Positions 8,593-18,402 of a stretch of 56,640 nt of DNA are shown here, piece after piece. Made by a program: the position numbers and the translations under genes. The DNA is from a virus. Lineage: Duplodnaviria > Caudoviricetes. Numbering within the stretch: the first letter of the stretch is position 1; every line of letters begins with the position of its first letter. The stretch is taken from the IMG/VR virus record IMGVR_UViG_3300049715_000004, positions 1 to 56,640 of that record. One strand, 5' to 3'. The notes under the pieces are model-generated. The model searched no databases, was not told the DNA's origin, and saw only the letters and a list, made by a program, of their open reading frames with translations.

Positions 8593-9375
8593 TCAACCTT
8601 TCTTCATCACAATATTCTCAATGAAATCTTTTTGGTAGATATTATCTAGGCTATCTCTAATCAAATCACCATTAGGTGTTAATAAGTGATAGTGATAATG
8701 TCCTTCATATGATTTAAGCAACTCATAGAATGGCTGAGTATCTTCTTGCAACATGCTTTTATTAAGTTCAAATACAATAGTGTCAACTTGTTTATTGTCT
8801 AGGATGTTTTTCATTCCTTTAAACACATGATACTCTCCACCTTCTGTATCAATTTTAAGGAAGTTGACATATCCTAAATTTTCTTCATCTAAGGCTATTG
8901 TGCTTATTCGCATAGTATGCATTTCATCAGACTTAAAATCACTTAAGTATTGTTTACTATGCTCCTTAATAGAACTATTACCTTGAAACCTATCTGAAAC
9001 ATGGAAAGTTAACACAGTCCTTTCAGAATAAACACCTAATTCTTTTACAACAGCGTTATGCTTATGCTCATTAAGTGTTAGGTTATCTAATACTAGTTGA
9101 TGTACCTTTGGGTTAGGTTCATAAGCAGTTACCATTCCTGTCTGCCCTACCTTATATCCTAGTAATACACTAAAATATCCAATGTTTGCTCCAACATCTA
9201 CTACATTCATTCCTTCGCTTACATTCCGTAATATGTAGTTTGTTAATCCTAATTCAAAATATCCATCCAACATTAATCCAGTAGTTACACTCAAATCATC
9301 AGCTAGTGCATGAATCTTGCCACCCATTTGAAGAGTAACAAGCATTCTGTTATTGCCAATATAAGTTCCGTACAT
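8593..9375 (-). CDS. FkbM family methyltransferase
   Basis: VVDVGANIGYF, AYEP and LKIDTEGGE motifs. Confidence 0.9.
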   Translation of the reverse strand: MYGTYIGNNRMLVTLQMGGKIHALADDLSVTTGLMLDGYFELGLTNYILRNVSEGMNVVDVGANIGYFSVLLGYKVGQTGMVTAYEPNPKVHQLVLDNLTLNEHKHNAVVKELGVYSERTVLTFHVSDRFQGNSSIKEHSKQYLSDFKSDEMHTMRISTIALDEENLGYVNFLKIDTEGGEYHVFKGMKNILDNKQVDTIVFELNKSMLQEDTQPFYELLKSYEGHYHYHLLTPNGDLIRDSLDNIYQKDFIENIVMKKG

Positions 9376-10545
9376 CTACAACAACACCTTTTCTATAGAT
9401 TCTTTTAATATAAAACCTACATCATTCCATGACATTTTTTTCATATCTTCTCTTGCTTGCTTTCCTTTTACTTTAACTTCTTCTTGATTTTCATATGCGT
9501 GTCGCATTAGCTTTTGTAAGTGTGCCACATCTGCTTCTGCCCACAACATATCATCAGTAAATAGATGGAAGAAGTTTTGTGCAATAGCTTCATCATTTGC
9601 ATATGTTGTTTGTCGTAGTTTGTAGTTGATTAGGTAGCCATTTTCTTCTGTAATAAAGTCTGTCTGACCACCCCAACCTGTAGCGATACATGGTATTCCA
9701 CTAGACATAGCTTCAATGTAAGGCAACCCTACTCCTTCACCACGACTAGGTAGTACGAAAATATCAGTATTTGCATAAAGACCTCTTAATTCACTATCAC
9801 TAAATAAGCTACTTGAAAAATATACTGGCGCTGAATTGGTTTCATTTTTTCCTAGATATTGCTTGTATTTATGTAGCGTTTCTAATACTGCTCGTTGGTC
9901 AGACTTAAGGGCATTGTTGCCCCAATATGATTTTACAACCAATGCAACATTATCTTTCTCTGAAAACTCATTCCAAAATGCTTTAAATAATTTATCAGGT
10001 GCTTTTCTATGTTGCCATTGAAATATTGACAGAAATTTAAATGTATCATCTAAACCTTCTAATTCAAATGGCTCATTATCAGGATTAAACTTTTCTGTAT
10101 CTGAACCATGTGGAACTTTAAGAATAGGGACAGTTACTCCACTTTCCACTAACGCTTCAACATTTTGAGAAGACGGAACAATTACTGCATCAGCATAGTT
10201 TATAAAAGGAAACCAATTGGCAGGAACTTTTGTTGTCTCCCACACTGTATTGATAATTACCTTATCATATCCATTATGTTCTCTTTCTGCATTAGCATCA
10301 ATACCATAAGGTTGAGCATGATAAACTAGAATTTGTTTCTTACTCATATCTCTAGGCTTTTGAATTAGTTCCTTTAATTTATTTACTTGCTCCATTTCTA
10401 GCACAGCAGAAGGAGTTCCAAAGTTTAAAGGTTCAATCTTAACATCTACTCCTGCCCTATCTAGAGCTAGAAGGTATTCTCGACTTGCACGAGCGTAGCC
10501 TTGTTGGTCATGTACGATTCCTTGCCATACAACTTGATAAGTCAT
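9376..10545 (-). CDS. glycosyltransferase family 4 (GT-B)
   Basis: GYA..SR, VWET, RK and FVLPSRGEGVGLPYIEAMSSGIP motifs. Confidence 0.92.
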   Translation of the reverse strand: MTYQVVWQGIVHDQQGYARASREYLLALDRAGVDVKIEPLNFGTPSAVLEMEQVNKLKELIQKPRDMSKKQILVYHAQPYGIDANAEREHNGYDKVIINTVWETTKVPANWFPFINYADAVIVPSSQNVEALVESGVTVPILKVPHGSDTEKFNPDNEPFELEGLDDTFKFLSIFQWQHRKAPDKLFKAFWNEFSEKDNVALVVKSYWGNNALKSDQRAVLETLHKYKQYLGKNETNSAPVYFSSSLFSDSELRGLYANTDIFVLPSRGEGVGLPYIEAMSSGIPCIATGWGGQTDFITEENGYLINYKLRQTTYANDEAIAQNFFHLFTDDMLWAEADVAHLQKLMRHAYENQEEVKVKGKQAREDMKKMSWNDVGFILKESIEKVLL

Positions 10546-10557
10546 TTTGTGTCCTCC

Positions 10558-11748
10558 TTAAATGCGATAAAAGCTAGGCTTGATATTTTTGTCTATTTTA
10601 CTAACTTGTGGCTCTATATGTTTTACTAGCTTTATAAATTCATTATTTATAACTTTCCAATCCATTTCTAATGCCTTACTTCTACCTTTACTTCCTAATT
10701 CTTTTAGCTTACTAGAATCTTTCTTTTTCCAATCATTATAGAAAATTCCAAGTTTCTGAGCCAAATCATCAGTGTCAGCTAGTGCCTGTTCAATGCTCCT
10801 GCCCATAATCAATGTGTCTTTGACTTTAATTAATTCTTGTCGGTCAACTACCAATTCCGTACAAGCTGAAAAGTCAGTAACCAACACAGGAGTTCCTGCT
10901 GATTGAGATTCTAAGATTGGTAACCCAAACCCTTCTGCCATTGTCGGTAATGCCATAATGTCAAACATATTATATAACTTATTCAATTCTTCATCAGGCA
11001 CACCTTTTAAAGCTGTAAATCCATTTGTTGCAAATGCCTTATCATTAATTTCAAATCTTCCAATTAATTCGTCAACATTCCAACCTACATCACGAATTTG
11101 CATATGTAGATACAAAGCTACATCATCTTTATTTTTTGCGAATTGTGCAAATGCCTTAACAAGTGCAGGTATATTTTTTCTTGGTTGGTTTCTAGCTACA
11201 CAACCTACAACAAACAAGTCATCTCTTCCAATAACTGACTTCTTGATTGAATCTGAATCTTCTAGTGGTGTAAATAAATCTGTGTTAACTCCATGTGGGA
11301 TAAACACTGGATTCTTGCCTAGAATTTCTTTTACCAATCCATATGCAAATTTACTGAACACTACAGGTACATCTACATTTTTCATCCAACTATGCCAATT
11401 AGGAGGTACAGGATACCCATCAATAGGGAAGTAGCTAACCCAACACACCGTCTTCCTTTCTTCTAAGTGTGGAACATATTCAGTCATCCAAGGGTCTCCT
11501 AGCGTAAATAGAATATCAGGTTGTTCATCTCTGATGAATGTTGCTAGTTTATCTTCTCCGAAATTCTCTTGGTGTGTATTACATGGAATAATTTGAAATG
11601 GGAAGTTATGTTCTCTACCATCATGCCCCCATCCAATCACTGTGATTTCATGTCCTGCATTATGTAGTGCCATTGTCAACTCTTTACTTACTCGACCATA
11701 GCCAGTAGAAATAGTGGGACTGTCACTCATATATATAATTTTTGCCAT
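10558..11748 (-). CDS. glycosyltransferase family 4 (GT-B)
   Basis: SDSP..STGYGRV, PHGV, VARNQPRKN and EGFGLPILESQSAGTP motifs. Confidence 0.92.
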   Translation of the reverse strand: MAKIIYMSDSPTISTGYGRVSKELTMALHNAGHEITVIGWGHDGREHNFPFQIIPCNTHQENFGEDKLATFIRDEQPDILFTLGDPWMTEYVPHLEERKTVCWVSYFPIDGYPVPPNWHSWMKNVDVPVVFSKFAYGLVKEILGKNPVFIPHGVNTDLFTPLEDSDSIKKSVIGRDDLFVVGCVARNQPRKNIPALVKAFAQFAKNKDDVALYLHMQIRDVGWNVDELIGRFEINDKAFATNGFTALKGVPDEELNKLYNMFDIMALPTMAEGFGLPILESQSAGTPVLVTDFSACTELVVDRQELIKVKDTLIMGRSIEQALADTDDLAQKLGIFYNDWKKKDSSKLKELGSKGRSKALEMDWKVINNEFIKLVKHIEPQVSKIDKNIKPSFYRI

Positions 11749-11759
11749 CTTGTCATCTC

Positions 11760-12290
11760 CTATATTTCAGGTAAGAATAAATCTTTGTAATAATTTTCTT
11801 CTAGTCCATAATGGTTTTTAACAGTATCAGCTAAGTGAAACAATCCTTTATATTCCTCAATAATTAATTCAACTCTTTCTTCTTCTTTGGATTCCACATG
11901 AATCCTTTCTCCGATAATAAGTTGAAATAATCTATCATTAGCAATACCTGTGTCGCAAATCTGGATTTCCTTTTTTCCACGCTTGATAGTTTTTGTAACA
12001 TCTAGGCTATCTTGTATAGCTTTGAAAACGTTATCCACATCAATCCAACGTTTCCCATGCTGATATACTCTTAGATACATTGATGCATATGTATCAATAG
12101 TTTCCTTTATTACATCATTTGCAATCCTACCAATCATAATTTCATAATCCTCTAAGTCACGAGTTGTATAGATAAGACCTCTAGGATTCTTTATTGAGCC
12201 ATCAGGCTTTCTAGTTCCAATTACACGAACACCATACATGTTACTCTTTGGGATTGGTCTTTGTGGTATTGTTATGAAGTAGTGTTCCAT
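11760..12290 (-). CDS. RusA-like Holliday junction resolvase
   Basis: P-x-PKSN N-terminus, DVDNVFKAIQDSL and ND motif. Confidence 0.7.
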   Translation of the reverse strand: MEHYFITIPQRPIPKSNMYGVRVIGTRKPDGSIKNPRGLIYTTRDLEDYEIMIGRIANDVIKETIDTYASMYLRVYQHGKRWIDVDNVFKAIQDSLDVTKTIKRGKKEIQICDTGIANDRLFQLIIGERIHVESKEEERVELIIEEYKGLFHLADTVKNHYGLEENYYKDLFLPEI

Positions 12291-12310
12291 TTAATCACTC
12301 CTAGTTAATT

Positions 12311-12332
12311 AAAGAAGGGGAAGAACCCCTCC
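12311..12332 (-). terminator. terminator-like hairpin after the ERF gene
   Basis: GGAGGGG-ttctt-CCCCTTC followed by TTT on the minus strand. Confidence 0.45.
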
Positions 12333-12339
12333 ATATGTA

Positions 12340-13122
12340 TTACTTACTGTTTTTATCAGCATTGATTTGAGAAATGACAGCTTTAGCTTGTTCTTGTGTT
12401 AAGTTTTCTAATTCAGATGCTCCATGAACAGCAACTAGGTTGTTTAGATATTCTGTTGCATCAAATCCTTTTGTCCTTGCAACAATTTTTACTAGATTAC
12501 CAATTGCTGTCTTCTGAGCAGGGCTAATCATTTCTACTGATTGACCGTCACCATCTTTACTAGTTTGTCCTTGTGTGCTTTCTTGCTTGCCTTGATTCTT
12601 CTTAGCTTCTGCCTTTGCTAATGCTTCTTGTCGTTTCTTTTCTTTATCTGCTTCGCTCATTCCATTATTGCCTGATGGCTTATTTGCTTCTTTATATCCA
12701 CCTTGACCGCTTGCGTGATTACCATCGTCATCATCTTCTGAACTTAATCCTAAGATAGCTGACAGGCTATATCTACGAGCGTAAGTCAAGCTACTTCCTG
12801 CTCCTTGGGCATTAAACTCTTTAACTCCTCCACCTTTTGTTTGATATGCAGGTAGGGTTAATGGGTCTGACTCAATCCATTGTCCTGATTCATGCATTAG
12901 CAATGTAGTTACTATGATAGCTTCACCGAATGAACCTGTTGACTGAATGAATGAAAGTCCATTATCTGCTAAAACTGGCTTAACAGTATTAATAACTACA
13001 TCCAATGGTGCATATTTACTTTTAAACTGAGGGTTAACTGCCGAGTTAGAAGGATTCTTAACGTCTGCCTGAAATTTAGATAGTGCCTTTGCAATTTCAT
13101 TAATATTTTCGCTTGTTCTCAT
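12340..13122 (-). CDS. ERF family single-strand annealing protein
   Basis: NP.FKSKYAPL, LMHESGQWIES and AQGAGSSLTYARRYSLSAILGL..DDDDGN. Confidence 0.92.
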   Translation of the reverse strand: MRTSENINEIAKALSKFQADVKNPSNSAVNPQFKSKYAPLDVVINTVKPVLADNGLSFIQSTGSFGEAIIVTTLLMHESGQWIESDPLTLPAYQTKGGGVKEFNAQGAGSSLTYARRYSLSAILGLSSEDDDDGNHASGQGGYKEANKPSGNNGMSEADKEKKRQEALAKAEAKKNQGKQESTQGQTSKDGDGQSVEMISPAQKTAIGNLVKIVARTKGFDATEYLNNLVAVHGASELENLTQEQAKAVISQINADKNSK

Positions 13123-13159
13123 ATGTACATACTTCCTCTCTAATTTGTATTACATTTAT

Positions 13160-13189
13160 ATTATAACATACTAACTATTAATTAGTCAA
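13160..13189 (-). promoter_or_regulatory. sigma-A-type promoter
   Basis: ccTTGACT-18-TATAAT with TG extension. Confidence 0.65.
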
Positions 13190-13526
13190 GGTCTCCAAAG
13201 AATAAATCTTCATCTTTTTCATTTTTAAAGTCCTCATATCCTACTTCTTCCATTGACTCAAATAACGCAATAGCTTCATCAAGTTCTTCTCTGTATTCAA
13301 TATAATTTCTTGTGGCTAAATCAGCAAAGAGACTATCTAATAGAATCCATTTATTTCTGTTAGGGTCATTATAAAGCATTATTCCTTGAATCAAATCTTC
13401 ATCTTCATAAACACCAACTGCTATAGTTACTTTACTTGTTATCCAACCTGCTAAAGTTTTACCTTTGCTTTTTGGATATGTAGTCATAAGATAGTCTCTT
13501 ACTTCTTTTTCATTATTGAATATCAT
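13182..13526 (-). CDS. hypothetical acidic protein
   Basis: 114-aa ORF translationally coupled to patatin (ATGA overlap). Confidence 0.65.
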   Translation of the reverse strand: MIFNNEKEVRDYLMTTYPKSKGKTLAGWITSKVTIAVGVYEDEDLIQGIMLYNDPNRNKWILLDSLFADLATRNYIEYREELDEAIALFESMEEVGYEDFKNEKDEDLFFGDLD

Positions 13527-14401
13527 TTGGTTTCCTCCTCCAAGTATTTAACAATTTCATCAATCTTGGACTTTCCAAAAGCATATCCTCTATCAAAACA
13601 TTCTTGTATTTTATCAAATTCCAACACAGTTATGTCGTTGATTTCAGGGTTCATGTAATAACCAAAGTCACCCCTGTTACCATCTACTACTCGTGCCATT
13701 AGGATATTAATAGCTTCATGACCAATATCAATAAATCCGCCTGTTATGACTTCACTTGCATATCCTAAGTCTATAGAAATAACCTTCTCAGCACCTAGAG
13801 CGACTGCTACATCTGATGGTAAATTATTAGTTAAACCTCCATCTACCAATCTTATTCCATTAATTGTTTTAGGAATAAAAACAGGTGGGATACCACTTGA
13901 TGCTCTAGTAACAGTACTTAGTGGAACTTTTTTGCCCATCATTACTGTTATATTGTTATCATTGACTTTTTGTGCCTGAAATCCTTTTGTCTCGCTTAGG
14001 AATATAGTTTGTTCTCCTTTATCGATATCTGTTGCAACGATGCCTAGCGGTTGATAAACATCCTCTAGAGTTTTTCCTCTAAATGCATTCTCCAACATCT
14101 TCTCTAGCTTATCTCCTTTAACAAATCCTTCGATATGCGTAGGTGTAAATATATTTTTCAATATATGACCATAGGCAATATCAACTATGTTATTCATGTT
14201 TAAAAATTCTTTCAGTGCCTTATCAGGGCTATATCCTAAAGCTAACAAACTAGCTACGATAGAGCCTGCTGACGTACCTGTAAAAATCTCAGGATAGATA
14301 TGGTTCTCATAGAGTGCCTTTACAATGCCTAAATGAGCAGAACCCCTGACACCTCCTCCTGCTAATGCTAATCCTACTTTAACTCTTGTTGCCATCCTCA
14401 T
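13523..14401 (-). CDS. patatin-like phospholipase
   Basis: LAGGGVRG oxyanion loop, GTSAG nucleophile and DGG motif all intact. Confidence 0.92.
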   Translation of the reverse strand: MRMATRVKVGLALAGGGVRGSAHLGIVKALYENHIYPEIFTGTSAGSIVASLLALGYSPDKALKEFLNMNNIVDIAYGHILKNIFTPTHIEGFVKGDKLEKMLENAFRGKTLEDVYQPLGIVATDIDKGEQTIFLSETKGFQAQKVNDNNITVMMGKKVPLSTVTRASSGIPPVFIPKTINGIRLVDGGLTNNLPSDVAVALGAEKVISIDLGYASEVITGGFIDIGHEAINILMARVVDGNRGDFGYYMNPEINDITVLEFDKIQECFDRGYAFGKSKIDEIVKYLEEETK

Positions 14402-14406
14402 ACCTC

Positions 14407-14571
14407 CTAATGATTAACTCCTACAAACATATACAATCCAAACCAAATAAGAAGACCATAAAACAAAATTTCTACAAGGCTACTATTCTGCTTAGACCAA
14501 TATTTGTATCCACAAAATGAAATTCCATAAAACAATAGAATTGAAAAAATAATTTTAAGCACTTCGGGCAT
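14407..14571 (-). CDS. small two-TM membrane protein, 54 aa (not in ORF track)
   Basis: MPEVLKIIFSILLFYGISFCGYKYWSKQNSSLVEILFYGLLIWFGLYMFVGVNH; AGGAGG RBS. Confidence 0.7.
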   Translation of the reverse strand: MPEVLKIIFSILLFYGISFCGYKYWSKQNSSLVEILFYGLLIWFGLYMFVGVNH

Positions 14572-14586
14572 AATACATACCTCCTA

Positions 14587-14772
14587 TTAAAATGAATTTA
14601 AAATAACTAACATGAAAACATACAATACTGTCCAACCAAAATACTTTAGCAAATCTTTGAATGTTTTATCTTCCTTGATAAAACCACTCCAACACTTACT
14701 TCCTACATACATTGAACCAAGTAGAAGTGCTCCTCCAACACAAAATTTTAAAAATTCCAACATACACATCAA
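14587..14772 (-). CDS. small two-TM membrane protein
   Basis: Two hydrophobic helices; AAAGGAG RBS near the start. Confidence 0.65.
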   Translation of the reverse strand: MMCMLEFLKFCVGGALLLGSMYVGSKCWSGFIKEDKTFKDLLKYFGWTVLYVFMLVILNSF

Positions 14773-14792
14773 CTCCTTTGTATTATAGTTAT

Positions 14793-14821
14793 ATTATAAA
14801 TGAAAAAGAGAGAAATGTCAA
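14793..14821 (-). promoter_or_regulatory. consensus sigma-A promoter
   Basis: ccTTGACA-17-TATAAT. Confidence 0.8.
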
Positions 14822-14848
14822 GGACAAATCTCTCAAATATGTTTTAAA

Positions 14849-15076
14849 TTAGATATATTTTTCTAGCTTTTCTTTTACATTATCTGACCAACCTACTAGC
14901 TTTTCATCACCAATAACGGTCACTGGAACACTCATAATACCAAACTCTAAGAATTTCTCTTTATCGGCAGGGTTAGTATCAATGTTAATATATTGAATGC
15001 TAACTCCTTTATCTTCAAAAAATGCTTTTAATTTATTGCAAGATGGGCAGTTATTTTTTCCGTATACAGTTATCAT
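14849..15076 (-). CDS. glutaredoxin / NrdH-like redoxin
   Basis: CPSC active site and SVP motif; follows the RNR gene. Confidence 0.88.
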   Translation of the reverse strand: MITVYGKNNCPSCNKLKAFFEDKGVSIQYINIDTNPADKEKFLEFGIMSVPVTVIGDEKLVGWSDNVKEKLEKYI

Positions 15077-15088
15077 TATGTATTCCTC

Positions 15089-17290
15089 CTAAATTGAACA
15101 TGATTGGTTTCCGCATGATTTACAGCGTGGGCAATTTTCTTCTAAGATGAAAGATTTGCTTCCGCAATTAGCACACTCCCAATCGTCATATTTTCCTTTT
15201 ACTTTAGATACATACTCTTTTTCTTCTTTATCTGTAGTATCTACCTCCTCATCACCGTCAACAGATAGAATCTGCTCATCTCTAGAGCCATCTACATAGA
15301 TAGTCATTCCTTTTAAACCCTTACTGTGTCCGTACTCATAGGCTCTCTTAACTTCTTCTAGCGTATATCCTTTTGGAGCATTGACTGTTTTTGAAATAGA
15401 TGAACATACATATTTTTGAGCAACAGCTTGCACATCAACATGCTCCTCTGGTGATAAATCCATAGAACCTACAAAGTAAAAAGGTAGTTCCTTATCAGGG
15501 TTTCTATCCATATAAACCTTTGCTACACCTGCATACTGAACAGTATTACCAACTCTAGACATTCTGTGATACTTCATTGCGAAGTGTGGTTCAATTCCAG
15601 TTGATACTGAACCTTGAACATCTAATAGTGATGGTGTCATACTTCCTGTTGTTCCAGTTGGGGCAATTGTAAGAATAGTTAAGTTTCTAATACCATACTT
15701 CTTGATTCGCTCTTTGATGCTGTCAGGCAATGACTGAACAAATTCGCTTTGAAAATAACCTTCTACATTGAATAGTGGGAATGCACCTTTCTCAATAGCT
15801 AGGTCAATTGATTCATTGTAAGATACATCACGAATAAATTCAAATACCTTATCTAATGTTTGGTTTCCTTCCTCTGAGCCATAGCGTTGCCTTAAGGCAA
15901 TCAACATATCATGAACGCCAAGTACACCAAGACCTAATCTTCTTTCACCTAATTGCCATTTCTTCATAGCCTCATCAAAGAAGAATGTAGCATCAATTAC
16001 ATTATCAAGGAATCTAACACCAATTCTTACAGTCTCTCTTAGTAAAGACCAATCAATTTCATAGATTTCACCTTCATCATCACTACCAACTACACTAATC
16101 ATTCTTCCTAAGTTAACTGCTGATAGATTACAAGTAGAGTTTCCAAGAATTGGTTGCTCACCACATGGGTTAGTTGCCTTAACTTTACCTAGATAACGAC
16201 CATTATGTTTTCTATTAATCTCGTCAATGAATAAAATTCCGGGTTCTGCTGATACTCGATTACTTTCATTCAGCTTATCCCACATATCTCTTGCCTTGAT
16301 TGTTCTATGTACTAAAACAGGATATCCTTTTTCTTTCCATGCATCAATATCGCCATTCCACTCTGCATTATATTTTTCGAAGCTAGTATCAGGGAACACT
16401 AAATCCCAATCACCATCTTCCTCAACAGCTTTCATGAATGCATCGGAGATTAATACAGATGAGTTATTACCTTCCATAAATCCTACTTTTTGTTTCGCAC
16501 CAATAAAGTCTTCTTTGAAGTCTAAGTTGTCTTTATCGTTTGTATAGAATACATCAGGATGCCAATCATGGATGGTCAACATTTGAGCACCTCTTCTATT
16601 GGCTTGTTCAATGAAGTTAGTAAGACCTGAGAACATATTTCCAATGAAGACTGCACCTGTGCTTCTACCTTTTGTTTGACTTAATGCACTATATTTAGGT
16701 CTGAAAACTGATAGGCAAGTTCCTACACCGCCACCACGAGCCATAATCTCGCTAATTCTGCCCATGTGATGGAAGATAGCTTGACGAGAATCTACACCAG
16801 TATTAGGGAATGCAGGATTTTTTTCTACATCAATAACATAGCAGTTAAATAGCGTTACCTTAGAATCATCACCTGCTCCTGTTAGTATTCTTCCTGCGGG
16901 AACTAAATTGAAATTAGACACAGCATTAAAAAATCTATCATATGATTCATCTTGCTTCTCTTTATTTTTTTCAACACTAGAAATTTTTCTAGCTACTCTA
17001 TCTGCTGTTTCTTCATATTCAGTCTCTAGTAAAACGTCAATATTATGTATATCTTGAACGAAAATATCATCAGGGAAAGTATCTTTATAGTCACCTGAGT
17101 CTAACTTAACATGTACCTTGTCACCTTCGACCTTTGATATTTTTCCTAATTCTCTTGTTGGGTATTTACCATCTTTTGTTAAAACGACAACAGCTTGCCC
17201 GATATTTAGATATTGTTTTTTGTCTAATGCCTTTCTTGCGTACCTTGTGTGGTGTAATTTCCTATGGAATCCTGTTAATTTAACTGACAT
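15089..17290 (-). CDS. nrdJ: ribonucleotide reductase, probably class II (B12-dependent)
   Basis: PAGRIL, LFNC, RRGA, EPG, TNPCGEQ, CNL and IAPTGT motifs; C-terminal CxxC..CxxC..C tail; no beta subunit gene adjacent. Confidence 0.85.
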   Translation of the reverse strand: MSVKLTGFHRKLHHTRYARKALDKKQYLNIGQAVVVLTKDGKYPTRELGKISKVEGDKVHVKLDSGDYKDTFPDDIFVQDIHNIDVLLETEYEETADRVARKISSVEKNKEKQDESYDRFFNAVSNFNLVPAGRILTGAGDDSKVTLFNCYVIDVEKNPAFPNTGVDSRQAIFHHMGRISEIMARGGGVGTCLSVFRPKYSALSQTKGRSTGAVFIGNMFSGLTNFIEQANRRGAQMLTIHDWHPDVFYTNDKDNLDFKEDFIGAKQKVGFMEGNNSSVLISDAFMKAVEEDGDWDLVFPDTSFEKYNAEWNGDIDAWKEKGYPVLVHRTIKARDMWDKLNESNRVSAEPGILFIDEINRKHNGRYLGKVKATNPCGEQPILGNSTCNLSAVNLGRMISVVGSDDEGEIYEIDWSLLRETVRIGVRFLDNVIDATFFFDEAMKKWQLGERRLGLGVLGVHDMLIALRQRYGSEEGNQTLDKVFEFIRDVSYNESIDLAIEKGAFPLFNVEGYFQSEFVQSLPDSIKERIKKYGIRNLTILTIAPTGTTGSMTPSLLDVQGSVSTGIEPHFAMKYHRMSRVGNTVQYAGVAKVYMDRNPDKELPFYFVGSMDLSPEEHVDVQAVAQKYVCSSISKTVNAPKGYTLEEVKRAYEYGHSKGLKGMTIYVDGSRDEQILSVDGDEEVDTTDKEEKEYVSKVKGKYDDWECANCGSKSFILEENCPRCKSCGNQSCSI

Positions 17291-17306
17291 ACTTAAATCT
17301 CTCCTT

Positions 17307-17870
17307 CTATTCTCTTATGTATTGTCTAGTTAATAGTCTTTTGAATGAATACTCACAATTAAATGGAAGCCAGTTAAATCTGTCAGTAGGCACTTTAATA
17401 GTTGATTTGCCATAAACATTTACAGGCTCAATATCTAATTCTAAAATTTCTTCTGGATTAACTAGAATAAATCTTGGGTTATCAGTTGCAAAACCCATTA
17501 CAAATAGAATTACAACTTTGTCTAATTCTTTGTATTGTTCTAATTGTTTTACCTTAAAATAACACTCTCTAGAGTGTGGGTTACACACTTTAACCTCAAT
17601 GAAGTTAGCCCTAATCCTTCTACTCTCCTTATATTTGAGCAAGTAATCAGGAAACAGGTCAACGTTAGCAATCTCGTTATTATTATCAAACGAAATCTTT
17701 CCTTCTTCACTTGAACCTACATAGACTAAATCGGGGTTTTCTACATCACTGTTATTCAATATATCTCGAAAGATATTGATAGACTGAACTTCTGCACTCA
17801 ACCCCTTCTTCATGTCTGCAATAAATTCTTCTTTTGTCCTGTTGTCGAATTTATAATTATCTACAGACAT
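17307..17870 (-). CDS. PD-(D/E)xK family nuclease-like protein
   Basis: E...FPDYLL...FIEVK...QL pattern. Confidence 0.55.
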   Translation of the reverse strand: MSVDNYKFDNRTKEEFIADMKKGLSAEVQSINIFRDILNNSDVENPDLVYVGSSEEGKISFDNNNEIANVDLFPDYLLKYKESRRIRANFIEVKVCNPHSRECYFKVKQLEQYKELDKVVILFVMGFATDNPRFILVNPEEILELDIEPVNVYGKSTIKVPTDRFNWLPFNCEYSFKRLLTRQYIRE

Positions 17871-17889
17871 ATTATCAACTCCTTTTTAT

Positions 17890-17918
17890 ATTATACATGT
17901 ATTATAAGAGGAAGTCAA
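17890..17918 (-). promoter_or_regulatory. sigma-A-type promoter
   Basis: TTGACT-17-TATAAT. Confidence 0.7.
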
Positions 17919-17919
17919 A

Positions 17920-18369
17920 TTAAACTTCCTCACAACTAATGCATCTTACCCAAAGTTCACCTTCGGTTGCAATGTTTACTTTTCTTGTTCCTTTGCAAAC
18001 ACGACATTCATCGAAAATATATTCTTCTAGCTGTAACCAATCAATTCCACCGTTCATTTGAGCATAGATACCTTTATCGTCAATGTAACAATGTGCGAAG
18101 ATTTTTCTTCCACCTTCGCCCCATTCTGCCCTCTCAGAAGGTAAAATATCATTAAATGAATCATATTCAATATTGTGTTTGTCTAGAAAATCCTTTACCA
18201 ATTTCTCTTGATGACCTGTTCTGCAAGTCCAAATGGCAATCTCTCCACCATTCTCTTTAATTCTTTGGAGGACTCTATCTGCATGAGGTCTAAGTTCGCC
18301 AATCTTAGGGAATTTAGTACCTTTTGTAATCGTGTCGTCAAAGTCAACTGCATATGTTTTAAATCTCAT
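17920..18369 (-). CDS. HAD-superfamily phosphatase with C-terminal zinc knuckle
   Basis: AVDFDDTI, IWTCR and RKI.A..YIDDK motifs; CxxC...CxxC tail. Confidence 0.8.
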   Translation of the reverse strand: MRFKTYAVDFDDTITKGTKFPKIGELRPHADRVLQRIKENGGEIAIWTCRTGHQEKLVKDFLDKHNIEYDSFNDILPSERAEWGEGGRKIFAHCYIDDKGIYAQMNGGIDWLQLEEYIFDECRVCKGTRKVNIATEGELWVRCISCEEV

Positions 18370-18402
18370 TGGCTTTCCTCCTTGGGTATCTTAAACTTAT
18401 TT

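Noticed and set aside
13523-14401. Complete CBASS system
   Set aside because: No CD-NTase or Cap2/Cap3 nearby; the nucleotidyltransferase at 7156-7881 is of the sugar-phosphate type.
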